Origin: Felis catus
Lineage: Eukaryota
Direction: 5' to 3'
Length of the DNA: 64,000 nt
NCBI RefSeq assembly: GCF_018350175.1
Contig: NC_058368.1
Location: 201,626,001 to 201,690,000 of the forward strand
Position numbers and translations under genes: made by a program
Notes under the pieces: generated by a model
What the model saw: the letters and a program-made list of their open reading frames with translations, nothing else
What the model was told of the DNA's origin: nothing
Databases searched by the model: none
In this document: positions 12,403 to 24,520 of the stretch, piece after piece
How the letters are laid out: the number at the start of each line of letters is the position of its first letter
How positions within the stretch are numbered: position 1 is the stretch's first letter

Positions 12403-12629
12403 GGGGCACCTGGGTGGCGCAGTCGGTTAAGCAACCGACTTCAGCCAGGTGACGATCTCGCGGTCCGTGAGTTCGAGCCCCGCGTCAGGCTCTGGGCTGA
12501 TGGCTCAGAGCCTGGAGCCTGTTTCTGATTCTGTGTCTCCCTCTCTCTCTGCCCCTCCCCCGTTCATGCTCTGTCTCTCTCTGTCCCAAAAATAAATAAA
12601 TGTTGAAAAAAATTAAAAAAAAAAAAGAA
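12403..12629 (+). mobile_element. Young CanSINE (GGCGCAG / TTCAGCCAGGT subtype)
   Basis: Most CpGs intact, B-box GTTCGAGCC. TSD AGAAAGAAAAA(T/C)TCTA at 12387-12402 and 12630-12645. Confidence 0.97.
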
Positions 12630-13463
12630 AGAAAGAAAAACTCTAAAGACTGACTAGGTAGCAAGTGTTGAGACAGTTCTCCCTATCTCTACAATGATTT
12701 TAAACAAGTAGCTTGGAAAGACTACTTTGAGAGAATATATCCATCAAAGCCATTTCAAGAGCTCCAGGAGGACCTTTTTCTGTAGTAACCTCCAGACACG
12801 ATCGAGAGCAGTGCTGAGTTACCTAGCTGGGTAAGAATCTAGCTAAAAATTGCCAAGTAGGGAGCAAGAGACGCTGGAGACTCTGCACAGGCTGGCAGGG
12901 AGAGTGGCTACTGGTCAGGAGCCAAGAGCAGTAAACATTACAGGTTTAAGCAGTTCCCACTGTTCAGAACTGCAGGAAGACACTGAGAGTCAGGGTCATT
13001 GAATCTCGCTGCTGAGAGAAGCTGACTCTGAGAATCGATGACTAATTTGAGAAATCACTACAACAGGGCTGCCACTGCCAGAGAGAGTTGTCAACTGGCT
13101 ACTCTGGAAGCTTTAGGAGGAAACACTGCTGAAGTTCAGATGGAAAAGGTACTGCTGATGGAAAGAACCGCAGGGAGCACCCAAGAGAAAGAGTGGAGAC
13201 CCATGGAACTCATCCTTTCTGTCTTCTCAGATCCAGGTTTTGAAAGAGCAACTAGTAATGGGACAAAGAAAGGAGTGGATGGCGTCTCCATTGTCTGCTT
13301 GCCACTCACAGAGACAGTACAGGCTGTGATAGTCCAGTACCGCTCAATGGGAAGACAGAACAATCATTTATGTATAAGGGTGCCTGGTCGAGCTGGGCAT
13401 CCAGAAATTCTGGGAGTCATTTGAAGCATCCATAGAGGTGGCAGTTCAAATCTGACCATCTGA

Positions 13464-13573
13464 GGGGTGCCTGGCTGGCTCAGTTGGTAGAGCATGCAAC
13501 TCTTGATCTTGGGGGTGTGAGTTCAAGTCCCACGTTGGGTGAGGAGATGACTTAAAAAGAATAAAATAAAATA
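13464..13573 (+). mobile_element. Short tRNA-Lys(CTT)-like CanSINE monomer without the CT-rich body; not a functional tRNA
   Basis: GCCTGGCTGGCTCAGTTGGTAGAGCATGCAACTCTTGATCTTGGGGGTGTGAGTTCAAGTCCCACGTTGGGTG is colinear with tRNA-Lys(CTT). It has a GGGGT leader, an A tail and a 16-bp TSD at 13448-13463 / 13574-13589. Confidence 0.88.
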
Positions 13574-14404
13574 AAATCCAACCATATGATATGCTGAGAG
13601 GAATGCAGACTGGACAAGAGAATTATAGAGCATTACAGTTTAAGAAAGACTTGCATTGTTGTAATAATTTGTATCTGACCATCACTGATACAACTACATC
13701 CATGGAACTCTGTATGGAGATCAGTATAAGTAACACATTATATAAGCAGGGAAATGATCAGCACAGACCATGGTGAGAGCCATACTGTGAAGCAGGCCAT
13801 GAATCAGTTACACAACTAATAGACCCCAGCTGCCATTTAGCAATAGAAAACAATCTCTGACAACATCCTAAAAGCTATTAGGATTTTCCCAGCTTTAGAT
13901 AAATTTACCACCAGTAAAGTATCTTACACTTCTGAAGAACTATAATTTAGTACAGTGACTAGAACTTGATATGTCCCATTGGTTTCCCAGTTGAGGAAAA
14001 AATGAAGATGTTTAAAATCAGCCTTGAGATTATAATTGTCAAATAATACACTGTGAAATGCTGTGGAGAGGAAGGTCAGGAAGCAGTCCAGCCGAAGAGA
14101 TTTTTATTAAAACAAAAAGAAAAGATGCAAAATTTTCACTTTGACCGTGGTCTTTAAAAAGTCACAAATATTATTACACAAATTTGTACTGTATTTTCTC
14201 CAATAAATATTTATTGTCTCAAATTTAGAAAACATTTATGAGGGTGCAGATGAAGTAACTACCTTATTATAAAATAACTTAGAAATGTATTTTTCCATGG
14301 CAAAAATATAAAGACTTAGAGCTGAAGGTATCCTTATAGTTTATCTCATCCAACAACTTATCTCATCCATGAATCCTTGCTCCCTCTCCCCAAGGCCCTA
14401 GATG

Positions 14405-15634
14405 GACTGTGTCACCAAATCCAATGGACAATACTGAGTGTTGACTTCTCAGGCACATTTGACATTGTTGACTTCTTGACACTTCTTAAAATACTCTTTT
14501 CTCTTTATTTCTAGTATGGAATGGGTTTCCCCCTACTACTGACTGCTCCTCTTTAGATTTCTTTGCAAGTTTATCCTCTTTTGCCCAGCCATAAAATAGC
14601 GCAGCTTCTCAAGACTTGGTTCTCTTCTCTTTTCGTCCCACCGACTGTGTTGTTCATTCCCACTGCTGTGATTACAATCCTTTTAATTTGATTCACAAAT
14701 TTTATCTTTGCTCCAGATTACTCCCTTGAGTTCCAAATAAGTATAAACAAATCCCTGCTTATATCTCTTATCTGATCCTGTAAAGACACCTCAAGACCCA
14801 TAATGTTTTCTTGCCCCCCCCTCAGATGTCATCTAACAGTCCCTCTACCTGAACCCTGAGCACTTCAGAATCACCCTGAAGCCCTCCTGTATCAGAGCCT
14901 ACTGATGTACTTCTTAAGCATTTTTCAAATCTATTCTCGTCTCTCCATCTCCTGTGCCACCAGCCTAGTCCAGGCAGGCAACACCTCCCTCCTCTATTAT
15001 TATATTATTCAAAATACCACATCCACTCTCCATACCTGCTTTTGCACCCTTCCAATGACTTCTCTACTTTGGCATCAGGAGAGTGATCTTGTCAAAACAC
15101 AAATGTCATCTTAATACTCCTTTTAAAGAAAAAAAAATTAAGAGGGTCCCAGTGTTCTTGGGATAAAAAACAAAAGTGAAAACAAATACCAAATAATTCT
15201 TAACATAGGCCTGTGAGATCATATGAAGTCTCACGGCTGATTGCATTTCCCACCTCCCACCATGCAGCCCCTCACTCTCCTTGCCCCCATACTAGCTCCT
15301 TGCAGGTTCTTGAATGCATCATGCTTGCTCCTACCTCCTTTACTTTGCCTCTGTTATTTCCTCTGCACCTACTTAATCCTTTCTCAGCCTTCAGATCTCA
15401 ACTGTTGCTTTCTTCCCTGACATTTCAGACTTAAGCAGACCTATACATGATGGGTCCACCTAGACCCCCCTCTCGCCACTACTTCAATGTGTTCATTACT
15501 AGGGTAATTAGAACATCTACTCAATTTGTGTCTGTATCCTCTACTAGATTTGAAGTGCCATGAGAGCAGATATCTCATCCAAACTTATTCATCATTTTAT
15601 TCTCAGGGCCTACACAATGTCTGTGATATATCTA

Positions 15635-15673
<39 letters not shown>

Positions 15674-15715
15674 ATCTGAGGGCAGGCAATAAACATTTGT
15701 TGAGTGAATGAAAGA
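14405..15715 (+). mobile_element. Long degenerate L2
   Basis: CCAAATCCAATGGAC...CATTTGACATTGTTGAC...CTCTCCATCTCCTGTGCCACCAGCCTAGTCCAGGC...AATAAACATTTGTTGAGTGAATGAA. Confidence 0.8.
15637..15672. repeat. (TCTA)9 microsatellite
   Basis: Perfect tetranucleotide run inside the L2 3' end. Confidence 0.95.
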
Positions 15716-16970
15716 ATTCTTTCTTGCCCTTGAATATTCCCAGTGAGAAAGAAATCACAGCCTCCTGAGTTCTAAGTCCATTCATCTTTTTTCTTTTTTC
15801 TTTTCCTTTTTGGAAACTTTGATGGAAAATTCATCCCTGTATTAGGCTTAATCTATCTCTGGGCAACTTACAAATTTATTCTTGCCTTTGTGAACTACAA
15901 ATTTAATCCATTTCTTTCTCCATGGGATAGTTTTTATAATATATGAATTCAAAATCATGATGATTTTACTCTACCTTCTCATCTTCATTTTTTCCTCTGT
16001 GTTTCCTATCCTCTTCATGTTTTTTGATACATCCCTATTAAGATGAAGAAACACGTAATTTTAGTAAACACAATAAAAGCCTCATTTTTACGTGGAAAAG
16101 CTTATTTCCATATTGGGAGATAGGATTTTTTGATTGGTTTCCTAAACCCTGTCAGTATCAAGAGTGTTTCATAGATTCAAGGATAATTTGGAAGCTAATT
16201 GCCATTTTAGAAGAGATATTTTTTATTTGAATTCAGAAAACTTAGATATATAAATTAAAATGTAGCCTCTAAGAAAAGCTGAATCAACTGGCCGTATCAA
16301 CATCTATTTAAATTAAACATATTCCACTTTTTAGGCTCTAGCAGTGAAATGAGCATTATTGGATAACCACATGTTTTGGAAAAATTCAGTGTGCTTGTTT
16401 TGGTTTATATGTATTTTCTATTACAAAAATGGAGGGTTTTCATTTACTGCCATAAGCCTGTTCTGGTGCCTACTAGAGATCAGGATATCAATTCTCAATA
16501 AATGTTTGCTCAAGGGAGGAATGCACAATTTATAAATAGAATGGCTTCTTATCAGTGGAAACTTTGGTATATCTGGAGAACTGACCAGAGAAGATAAGGA
16601 CCATCTTCTCATTTATGAATACCATTTATAAACAACGTTTGAGAAATAGTCATATTGGTAATGATTTACACAGTTCATCTTCAAGATGCTCCTCTGTTAT
16701 CAATGCCAGAGAATTCTATTTCTCAAGTTAAAAAAAAAAAATGGCACTGAAAACACATCAAACTCTACCTGAAAAACTCCTTCTTTGCACCAAAACTTAT
16801 CCTAACCTTTAGGAGGAATTCACTCCTTTACACTATGAACTTATTCCCAACAGAGATTAGAATTTGGCCAGATCTAGAATTTATGTATTTAAGATTTAAA
16901 CATTCAAATGGAATTTTGCAGGATCACTCCTTTGCATTTCTAAAATAATAACCCAAATCATATACTTGGG

Positions 16971-17180
16971 TTTTTTTTAATGTTTATTTATTTATTTTGA
17001 GAGATTGCACATGTGTGAGTGGGGGAGGGGCAGGGAGAGAGGGAGAGAGAGAATCCCAAACGGACTTCACACTGTCAGCACAGAGTCCAACACGGGCCTC
17101 TATCTCACAAACCAAGAGATCATGACCTGAGTCGAAACCAAGAGTGGGATACTTAACCTACTGAGCCACCCAGGCGCCCC
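16971..17180 (-). mobile_element. CanSINE
   Basis: Antisense body ending GAGCCACCCAGGCGCCCC. TSD CCAAATCATATACTTG at 16953-16968 and 17182-17197. Confidence 0.96.
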
Positions 17181-17989
17181 ACCAAATCATATACTTGTAA
17201 AAAAAAAATTTAAAGAGGAAAATTTAGTTTTGCTGATTCCACTCTCTCCCTTAACTGGCTCTCAAGTCTAAGCCCCTTTCTTACCCTACTCGCCACATAG
17301 GAGACTTCGTACCAGAAAAAAATTAGCAGAAAGAAGCATTAGAAAAGAACTACTATTTTTGCATGTTTACTGTTTTGATTTAAACTGGAGTTAAAAGTAT
17401 TCACCATTTCTGAAATTATGGTACTCTTGAATAGAGAAAAGCCCGGAAGAAAGACCTGGGGACATGCTGACCTGAAATAACAACTTCTCCTAATGGTGCC
17501 CTAAGCATCAACTTCTTAAAAAGATAAATTTCATTTATCTCAATTTTAAGTTCATACTATTTTGGAAAATAATTTTCTCCAATATCTTTTACTATTTCCT
17601 AGAACCTTTAGAAACCATATGCATTCATCTTCTCATGTACTCTGTATCCTTTTTAAAAGAATATTATTCAACACCTTTAAAACGCTGGGAATGTAAGGAG
17701 GCTAGATTTAGACTGAACAAGGATTACTACTGCTGAGGCTAGTCAAAGCACATCTGCCATGTTCACTAATGTCTGTTTAAAAAAAAAAAAAAAAACACCA
17801 AAAGCCTTTTATGCTTTAGCTTAAACTGTGGTTATCATGGTCCTAATCATAGTGCTTATAATCAAGGCTTTTTTTCTCTCTCTAATTTTCTCTTTCCTTC
17901 GGGAAAGCACCCTCACTTCAAGTCAAGTTCATTCCACAATCTCATATTTCAGATGCCTTGCTTGGAGGACGTGTCATGTTGTGTTGGAG

Positions 17990-18800
17990 ATAAGAAGAGG
18001 CGGGGCTCATCAATCAGCAGTTTTCCGTGTGCTAATCCTCACCCCAGTTAGCTGATTTGGCCCTCTGGATTCTGACCACTGCCATGGTCAATCACGCAGC
18101 TGCTCTATTCAGCCTCATCATCTCTCTATTCTTACAGATTATTGCATCATGGCCGCCAAGACAAAAAGAAAGAGAAAGGGGATCAAAATCATCAAAATCA
18201 TGTGTCCTGAAAGAAACACTCAACCTGATCAGAATTTTTCTCACTTAATTGACATCGTGTAAAAGACTATATTTACTACTTGGAAATCAAATGCATACCA
18301 TGATAAGAAATCGGAAGTTGTATGTTGCTGTTTTGGTGGGTTTTGCTGTTTGCTTTGGTTTCCATTCCTAACGTCTCCCAACCTTGTCTTTTCACAGTGA
18401 GGCCCTTTCTGTAATGCTCAATAAATCCATTATTTACTTAAATTTCATACTCAGAGCAATGACTTCAGAAACAATCAGTGTCTCTCTACTCATAAGATGT
18501 CCAACATAGTTTTTTACTTGGAGGCTGACATGGATTCAATCATTTTGTAAAAATTATTTATCACCTGCCAATTGATTTTTACAGTAACGGGAATCATCTG
18601 ACATCTGGCTACACATATCAAATTGCAAATAAATATGATGAGAAATCACTTATTATAATCAGCTTCATTATGTTTATGAAATATTTGTTAAACACTTTAA
18701 CATTTGTGACAGTGTCAGGAGTAATTGCTCAAACACTGCACCGCATTGAACTGGTGGCAATCAATTTTTATTACATAAGATGACGTGAAACAGTGTTTTC
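17990..18800. promoter_or_regulatory. Candidate enhancer / conserved non-coding element
   Basis: Apparently repeat-free. GC box 17997-18006, PBX-type TGATTGAT/TGATTGAC on the minus strand (18009-18016, 18087-18094), TAATCC 18033-18038, tandem CATCTG 18595-18607, TGACAGTGTCA 18707-18717. Motif inference only. Confidence 0.35.
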
Positions 18801-19679
18801 TGTAAAAGAATGGTAAAGTCTTTTGAAATACGTTTCTATAAAAAAATTTACCTTTTTTATCTCCTTATATTGATGAAAAGAAATTCAGAGCTAAGTAGAA
18901 GTATTTGCTAAATTCTTCTCCTTAGTTATAAAATGATACCTATAAAGATAATTTTCAGGTGGAAACAAAATTTCCCTTCCATCTCAACTTCTCAGTGGTG
19001 AATTTCATAGAATTGCAAATAATGATGAGAAGTATTGGGAAATCCCCTTCCTAGAAATAATATTTAAATAAAATGACTGTAATTTATTCATGGTGAGTGC
19101 ACTTCTTCATTTCTTTGCATCTCCTTCTCCTGAAACTCTAGCTCCATGGTTTAAAGTAACCTGTATGAGTATGAGATTTACAGAGCATACTTAATCCACA
19201 AATTATGTTTTGTTTTCTTTTGTTTCCTTTCTTTAAAAAAAAAGATTTAAAATAAGTGGCATTCTCTTAAGTGCATGTTACTCGAGGGTATGAATAGCAC
19301 GCAGTCTCAACAGTGAATTTCTTAGGGAGGTCAAGAAGGTAGAGAACTCCATTTCATCATGTTCTGGATGGTGACATCCCTATGCTTTAGTAGAAAAGAA
19401 CACATCAGTTACTTCTTGAGGGTAAGTTTTATGAGCTGACAATATGGAGCAATCAAAAGGGCAGTCAACAAAGTTTCATACTAGGTGAATACATTTGTAG
19501 AATAAGGTGGCCCTGGTTTCCAAATTTTTACATGTTTATGTAAGGTGGGCCATCCTAGGTGTTTCCAGAAATTGACCAAATTCACATTTGAAATGTACTC
19601 ACCTCTCTTTCAGTGTCCTCTCACTGCTAACGATAACTCTGCTCTGGACCAGACGGCATCGTGTGCATTTATTGTATCG

Positions 19680-19985
19680 TTTCCTGGGCCTGGGCCCAAA
19701 GGAAGACATTTCCTAGTCTTCTTTGTGGTAAGGTGAACAGTGAGACTGAGTTCTGATCAACAGGATGTAAATGGAGGTGACGCACTTTGGCAGAGACCAT
19801 AGATGACACTTTTTGAGAAGGCAAAACAGTAAGATGGAAGCAACCTGGATCCTTGAACAAACGTGTCTCAAGAGTCACCCTGACTTACTTCAGAAATTGG
19901 TGTGAGAAATAAATCTTGTGGTATAAAACCACTGAGTTTTCAGGATTCATATGTTATCATTGTATAGCCTATCCTACTCTAACAA
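19680..19985 (+). mobile_element. Old MaLR LTR (MLT1J-like)
   Basis: GAGACTGAGTTCTG, AGATGGAAGCAACCTGGATCCTTGAA, GTGAGAAATAAATCTT, CCACTGAG and TAGCCTATCCT in order. Confidence 0.7.
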
Positions 19986-20699
19986 GCTTGCCTCCTATTT
20001 CCAATTTTTTATTCACAAACTCATGTTTTTACTGATAAAGCGTAATAATTCGCCTCTTCTAAAAGGTAGTGGCATCTCATTAAGATATTCATGAGAAGCA
20101 AAAAGCACCATCAAGCCCTAAAAAAAATTAATTTCTAATGGAAAAACTTGAGTGAGATGAAAAAGAGCGAAGGAAACTCACGTATGAAGAGATAACTTCT
20201 GAAGCTCCTCTAGCTAAACCATTTACTCCAACATTATGTAGTCTGTCCTTTTAAAAGTCATATTTGCTCTCCATGTTTCTATAGTTCTTTCCTCCCATTC
20301 AGCAAAGTGCTATTTTAGCGAAGAGCAATAGAAGAGAGAATACATTTTTTTGTTTGTTTAAACATTTTTGACAATTGTAATTCTATCAAAAGAAAGGATT
20401 ACAAAGTGATTTATTCTAATAGGTACATACACTAAATACCTTAGCTTCTTAAAAATAGTTCATACTGAAATCATTTAGGTAATAGGCCTCGTGCATTGTG
20501 AGTTCAGTATTATGCTCAGAATCCTTTTGTGCTTCTCTCTGTGACACATAAGTTCTTCCAAACAAAATTTCAGACATCAGGTCACAGTTTTCGAGCTGTT
20601 TCTCTGTAGTTCCATTTATTTCAATTGCATCCACACATTCCCAAGTTTGTTTATTTTGTCTTAGGAACCGTAAGAAGTATTGATTAAGAAAGTAAGACA

Positions 20700-20935
20700 G
20701 CTCTGGAAAAGCATGGGTTTGAGCATGAGTAGCATGAGCATTGGTTTAAATATCATTTCTGTCATTTACTGGCCATGTAAGTTTCATGGAATTTAATCCA
20801 AAGAGTTTTAATCTTCTTACATGTTAAAATAAGGAGGGAGAAAAGCCTGTAAGTCCCTGTAAGGACTCACAGATTTATTTATATATTCTACTTATGAAGC
20901 CGTTAGCACATTGCCTGCTATATAATAGAAATTCA
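20700..20935 (+). mobile_element. MIR
   Basis: TCTGTCATTTACTGGCCATGT...GTTAGCACATTGCCTGCTATATAATAG. Confidence 0.55.
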
Positions 20936-20959
20936 ACATACAAGAATCCATCTAATTAT

Positions 20960-20960
<1 letters not shown>

Positions 20961-20996
<36 letters not shown>
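20961..20996. repeat. Compound (CA)10(TA)8 microsatellite
   Basis: Read directly; sits at the tail end of the antisense L1. Confidence 0.96.
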
Positions 20997-20997
<1 letters not shown>

Positions 20998-22105
20998 GTA
21001 ATGTGTAAAAATGCACAGATTTTAAGATTTTGGTATTCATATCATCCACGAAACCACCCCCCAAAACAAGATGTAGAGCATTTCTATCACCCCACAAAGT
21101 GCCCTTAAAGCCCTTTTCCAGCAATCTCATCCTCCCTCCACTTAGACAACCACTTTCTAATTGCTGTCATCATACTCTTGCCTGATTTGGGACTTCATAC
21201 GAGTTGAATCATAGACTATGTACTCTTCTGTGCCTGGCATCATTTTGAGATTCGTTCATGATGCATGCTGTAGTTAGTGCTTTTTAACTGGTGTCTAATA
21301 TTCCATAGTATGACTATCCCACAACTTTTTTTTTTTTTTATCTTCTCACGTGTTAATAAGCATTTCAGCTGTTGTCAGTTTTTGGTTATTATGAATAAAG
21401 TTGCTATGAGTATTCTTGTACAAGTTTGTGTGTGTGTGTGTGGACTTATGTTTTCATTTCTCTTTAGTGAATACCTAGAAGTTGAACTTCTGGGTGATCG
21501 GGGTAGATGGATATTGAACTTGATAATACACTATGAAATAGTTGTCTCCAATGGTTGAACCACCTCATACTCCTACCAGCAATGTATGAGAGTTTTAGCT
21601 GTCCTATAGTTTTGCCAATATTTAGTGTTATCAATCTTTTCGATTGCAGCCACTCTAATGGGTATGAAATGGTATCTCATTGTAGTTTTATTTTGCTTTG
21701 CCTTGGTAACTGATAATGTTAAGCACCTTCCTGGGTGCTTATTAGCCTCTGAAGCATTTATTTTGCTGTATTTGTATTGTTCATACTTTTGTTGTTGACT
21801 TTACATATTCTGGACACAAGTTCTTTAAATATGCAGCAAATATTTGTTCCAATATGTGGCTTGTCTATTTTCTTCATAGTGACTTTCGATGAACACATTT
21901 AGGTGTGACAAAATTCAACTTATATATACATTTTCTTTTACAGCTATTGCTTTTAATGTTCTGTCCAAAAAATTTCTATCTACCCAAAGTTTTCTTCTCC
22001 ATGCATTGTATGGTTCTGGGTTTTACATTTATGTCTATGATCCATCTGCAATTAACGTTTAGGTATGGAGTGAAAGAGAGATCAAGTATTATTTTCTCCA
22101 CACAA
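20998..22105 (-). mobile_element. Old L1 (L1ME/L1MB-like) 3' portion
   Basis: ATGCACAGATTTTAAG...ATGAATAAAGTTGCTATGAG...CCAGCAATGTATGAGAGT...GAAATGGTATCTCATTGT, typical antisense L1M. Confidence 0.85.
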
Positions 22106-24119
22106 ATAAAGATAATAATGATCTACTGCTGGGCTTGTAAGCATGGGTCTTACGTTTTGTGCTTTGACACTAGATACACCGAGGCATATTATTGTCTTCA
22201 GAGTCCCTACGGCAATGTTAAAAGATTTTCACAATTTTCAATCCAAGTTTAATTGTATCAGTCAAATCCTTTCGCAAAAATGTTATGAAATATCAATGTC
22301 TAAGCAAAATTGTCAAGTCGGTGATGATTTCCACAGAACCTACATAATCACCTTCCCCTGACCCCTCAGTTGTTTCTTCCATCTCCAACCTTTCTTGCAA
22401 ACAAGCACCAGGGAAACCTCTTATCCTGTGTGAGAATCTGTATGGCTTAGTTCTCCACAGACAGGTTCTTATTCCAGATACAGCATACAGCAAGTCCCTT
22501 TCTTTCCTGGCCTCTACTATAGTGGTTGAGAGCAAATCTATCTGATAATTCATAGAAGCAAATGTGTTGATGTTTATTACCTTATTTAGCTAACTTATCT
22601 CTAGATAAACAAATCATATCTTCTGGACATGATGTCACCTCAAAAACATGAATTTAATGGTAGATATTTCAGGCACTATAAATTGACGAGAAGATAAGTT
22701 TGGGCTTCGTCAGCTCTGTAATAGTCTCAAACACCTTTGTGGGGAGGTACCCGTTATTTAACTTTGCTTCTGACTAGTCCTGGTGTTCTAATATAACAAA
22801 ATCACCTCTATTTTTGCCTGTACGTTCACTATAAAAGGTACTTATTCCAGATTTGATCAGAATACTAGTTTGATTACATATTACATCATTTATAGTCACT
22901 TTCTAAAAGGCCATAGCCCTCCAAAATGAAACAGCTATCACTTTAGCTGAGTCTGTAAAGTTTAAAGTGAATTCAAGGACTGTTAATTATCTCCCAATTG
23001 CTTATTATGTGGTGAATGGGAATACATAGAAAGTCAATCTGGATAATTTTGTACCTGCGCCAACAAAGGAATTTCCAAGGTTAGTCAGCCTCAAAAAGTC
23101 TGTGTGATAGGAGAACTTTCTCTAAAATGTTCACATCTATTGTCTATATAATCTTGATTCACCACATTGCTACATACATTTGCGCTAGTAACAGTCATTA
23201 AAATCAACAATTCATTCAAATTTTAATATTTTAATATTTAACATACCCCTTGCTAAAATTTCCAATTCCATGTTTCATTTTAGTTCACAAATGATTTTAT
23301 AATTTAGTGACTTTTTTGCTGATAACATTTTCTTCATAAGCCTAAACTTTTCAAATTCTTTCCTTTCATGCACACTTTCTATTGCATTTTTATTGCTCAA
23401 AAAACTAATCAGGCAGTCATTTCTTATCAACAACCTCTTTTCCAATTATGGAAGATTCAATTGAATGCATCCATTTGTTTCATTCTTTCTGAGGGTGGAC
23501 ATTTTACCATGAGCATTGTCTTCTGCAGCATTCTGAGGAAATTCTTTATAAATCAAATTCTGCTACCCAAACCCTTCTGGAGCTACGTTTGCATCAAGGG
23601 AAGAGCAAGAATAAGGAACAGCAACTTCAATATTTCTAATCATTTGGATAAGAACCCACTCTTTTATTCTGCCTACAGACTTTGCTCTACTCCCCGGGAG
23701 GTACAATTTTACTGTGTTGTTGCTACCAAGAAGGTAAACGATCGGATAAAATGATCCGTGTTATAATTTCCCTTGGGCATTATTACTCCTCAAAGAAAGA
23801 TATATACTTATTTTAAACTCCCTCCGATTTTAAGGGAAATCCATTGGAAAAGGGACTTCTAAACTCGGAGTCCCAGGGTGAATTTTCAGTCCCTGAGAAT
23901 TCTATGGGAAAGGTAAGCATGGATTGTGGTGGAGTAGGAAAGATTTTTTTTTTTCAGCCAGACCTAAAATTACACAGACTACTCACTAAAATCACACTAT
24001 ACTACTATACAAAGCTAGCCACACTTAATATATACCAACTGTAAATGAGCATAGCTAGAATCTCACTGTACTGTCATCACATTAATAAATAATGCTGCTG
24101 ATTACATTAACACTAATGA

Positions 24120-24295
24120 TGATGACATTTGTTGCCCACTTACTATGTGTTAAGCACGGTTCTGAGTGCTTTCGAAATGTTCTTCTTTTATCCTCAAAAC
24201 AGCTCCATGATCAGATCATATTATTATCTCCTCTTTACAAATAAGGAAACCGGGGTATGGTGTAGTTAAGTGACTTGTTTAAGGTGACGCAAGTA
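24120..24295 (-). mobile_element. MIR
   Basis: CACTTACTATGTG...TTATTATCTCCTCTTTACAAATAAGGAAACCG...GTTAAGTGACTTG. Confidence 0.8.
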
Positions 24296-24384
24296 ATACC
24301 AAAAAATGCTGTTATTGTCCGCTTTCTACAGGCACAAAGGGTAGTGCTTTCTAAGCATTATGTCCTTTGCTCTCAGGAACCCAA

Positions 24385-24520
24385 TCAGTAAACACTGGAG
24401 GAAGCTGGGGCTTAGAGAGATTCAGTCATTTACCCAGCATCATCTCGGAAGCAGAGGAGACTGAATCCAGAAACCAGCTCTCTCTGGCACCTAAGTTTAT
24501 CCTCCTAATTACTATGCTGC
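24385..24520 (-). mobile_element. MIR fragment
   Basis: GAGGAAGCTGGGGCTTAGAGAGATTCAGTCATTTACCCAG...GACTGAATCCAG. Confidence 0.55.

Noticed and set aside
13259..13435. Alternative-frame peptide GCDSPVPLNG...KGAWSSW resembling a thrombospondin type-1 repeat
   Set aside because: The spacing is too short, the required cysteines are missing, and in-frame stops lie directly upstream with no usable splice sites; probably chance.
13464..13545. Apparent tRNA-Lys gene
   Set aside because: The stems carry multiple mismatches, and it has a SINE leader, an A tail and a TSD; it is a retroposed copy.
23368..23754. 128-aa ORF in unique sequence
   Set aside because: Composition (F/I/L/S/N-rich) is typical of translated AT-rich non-coding DNA, with no recognisable domain.
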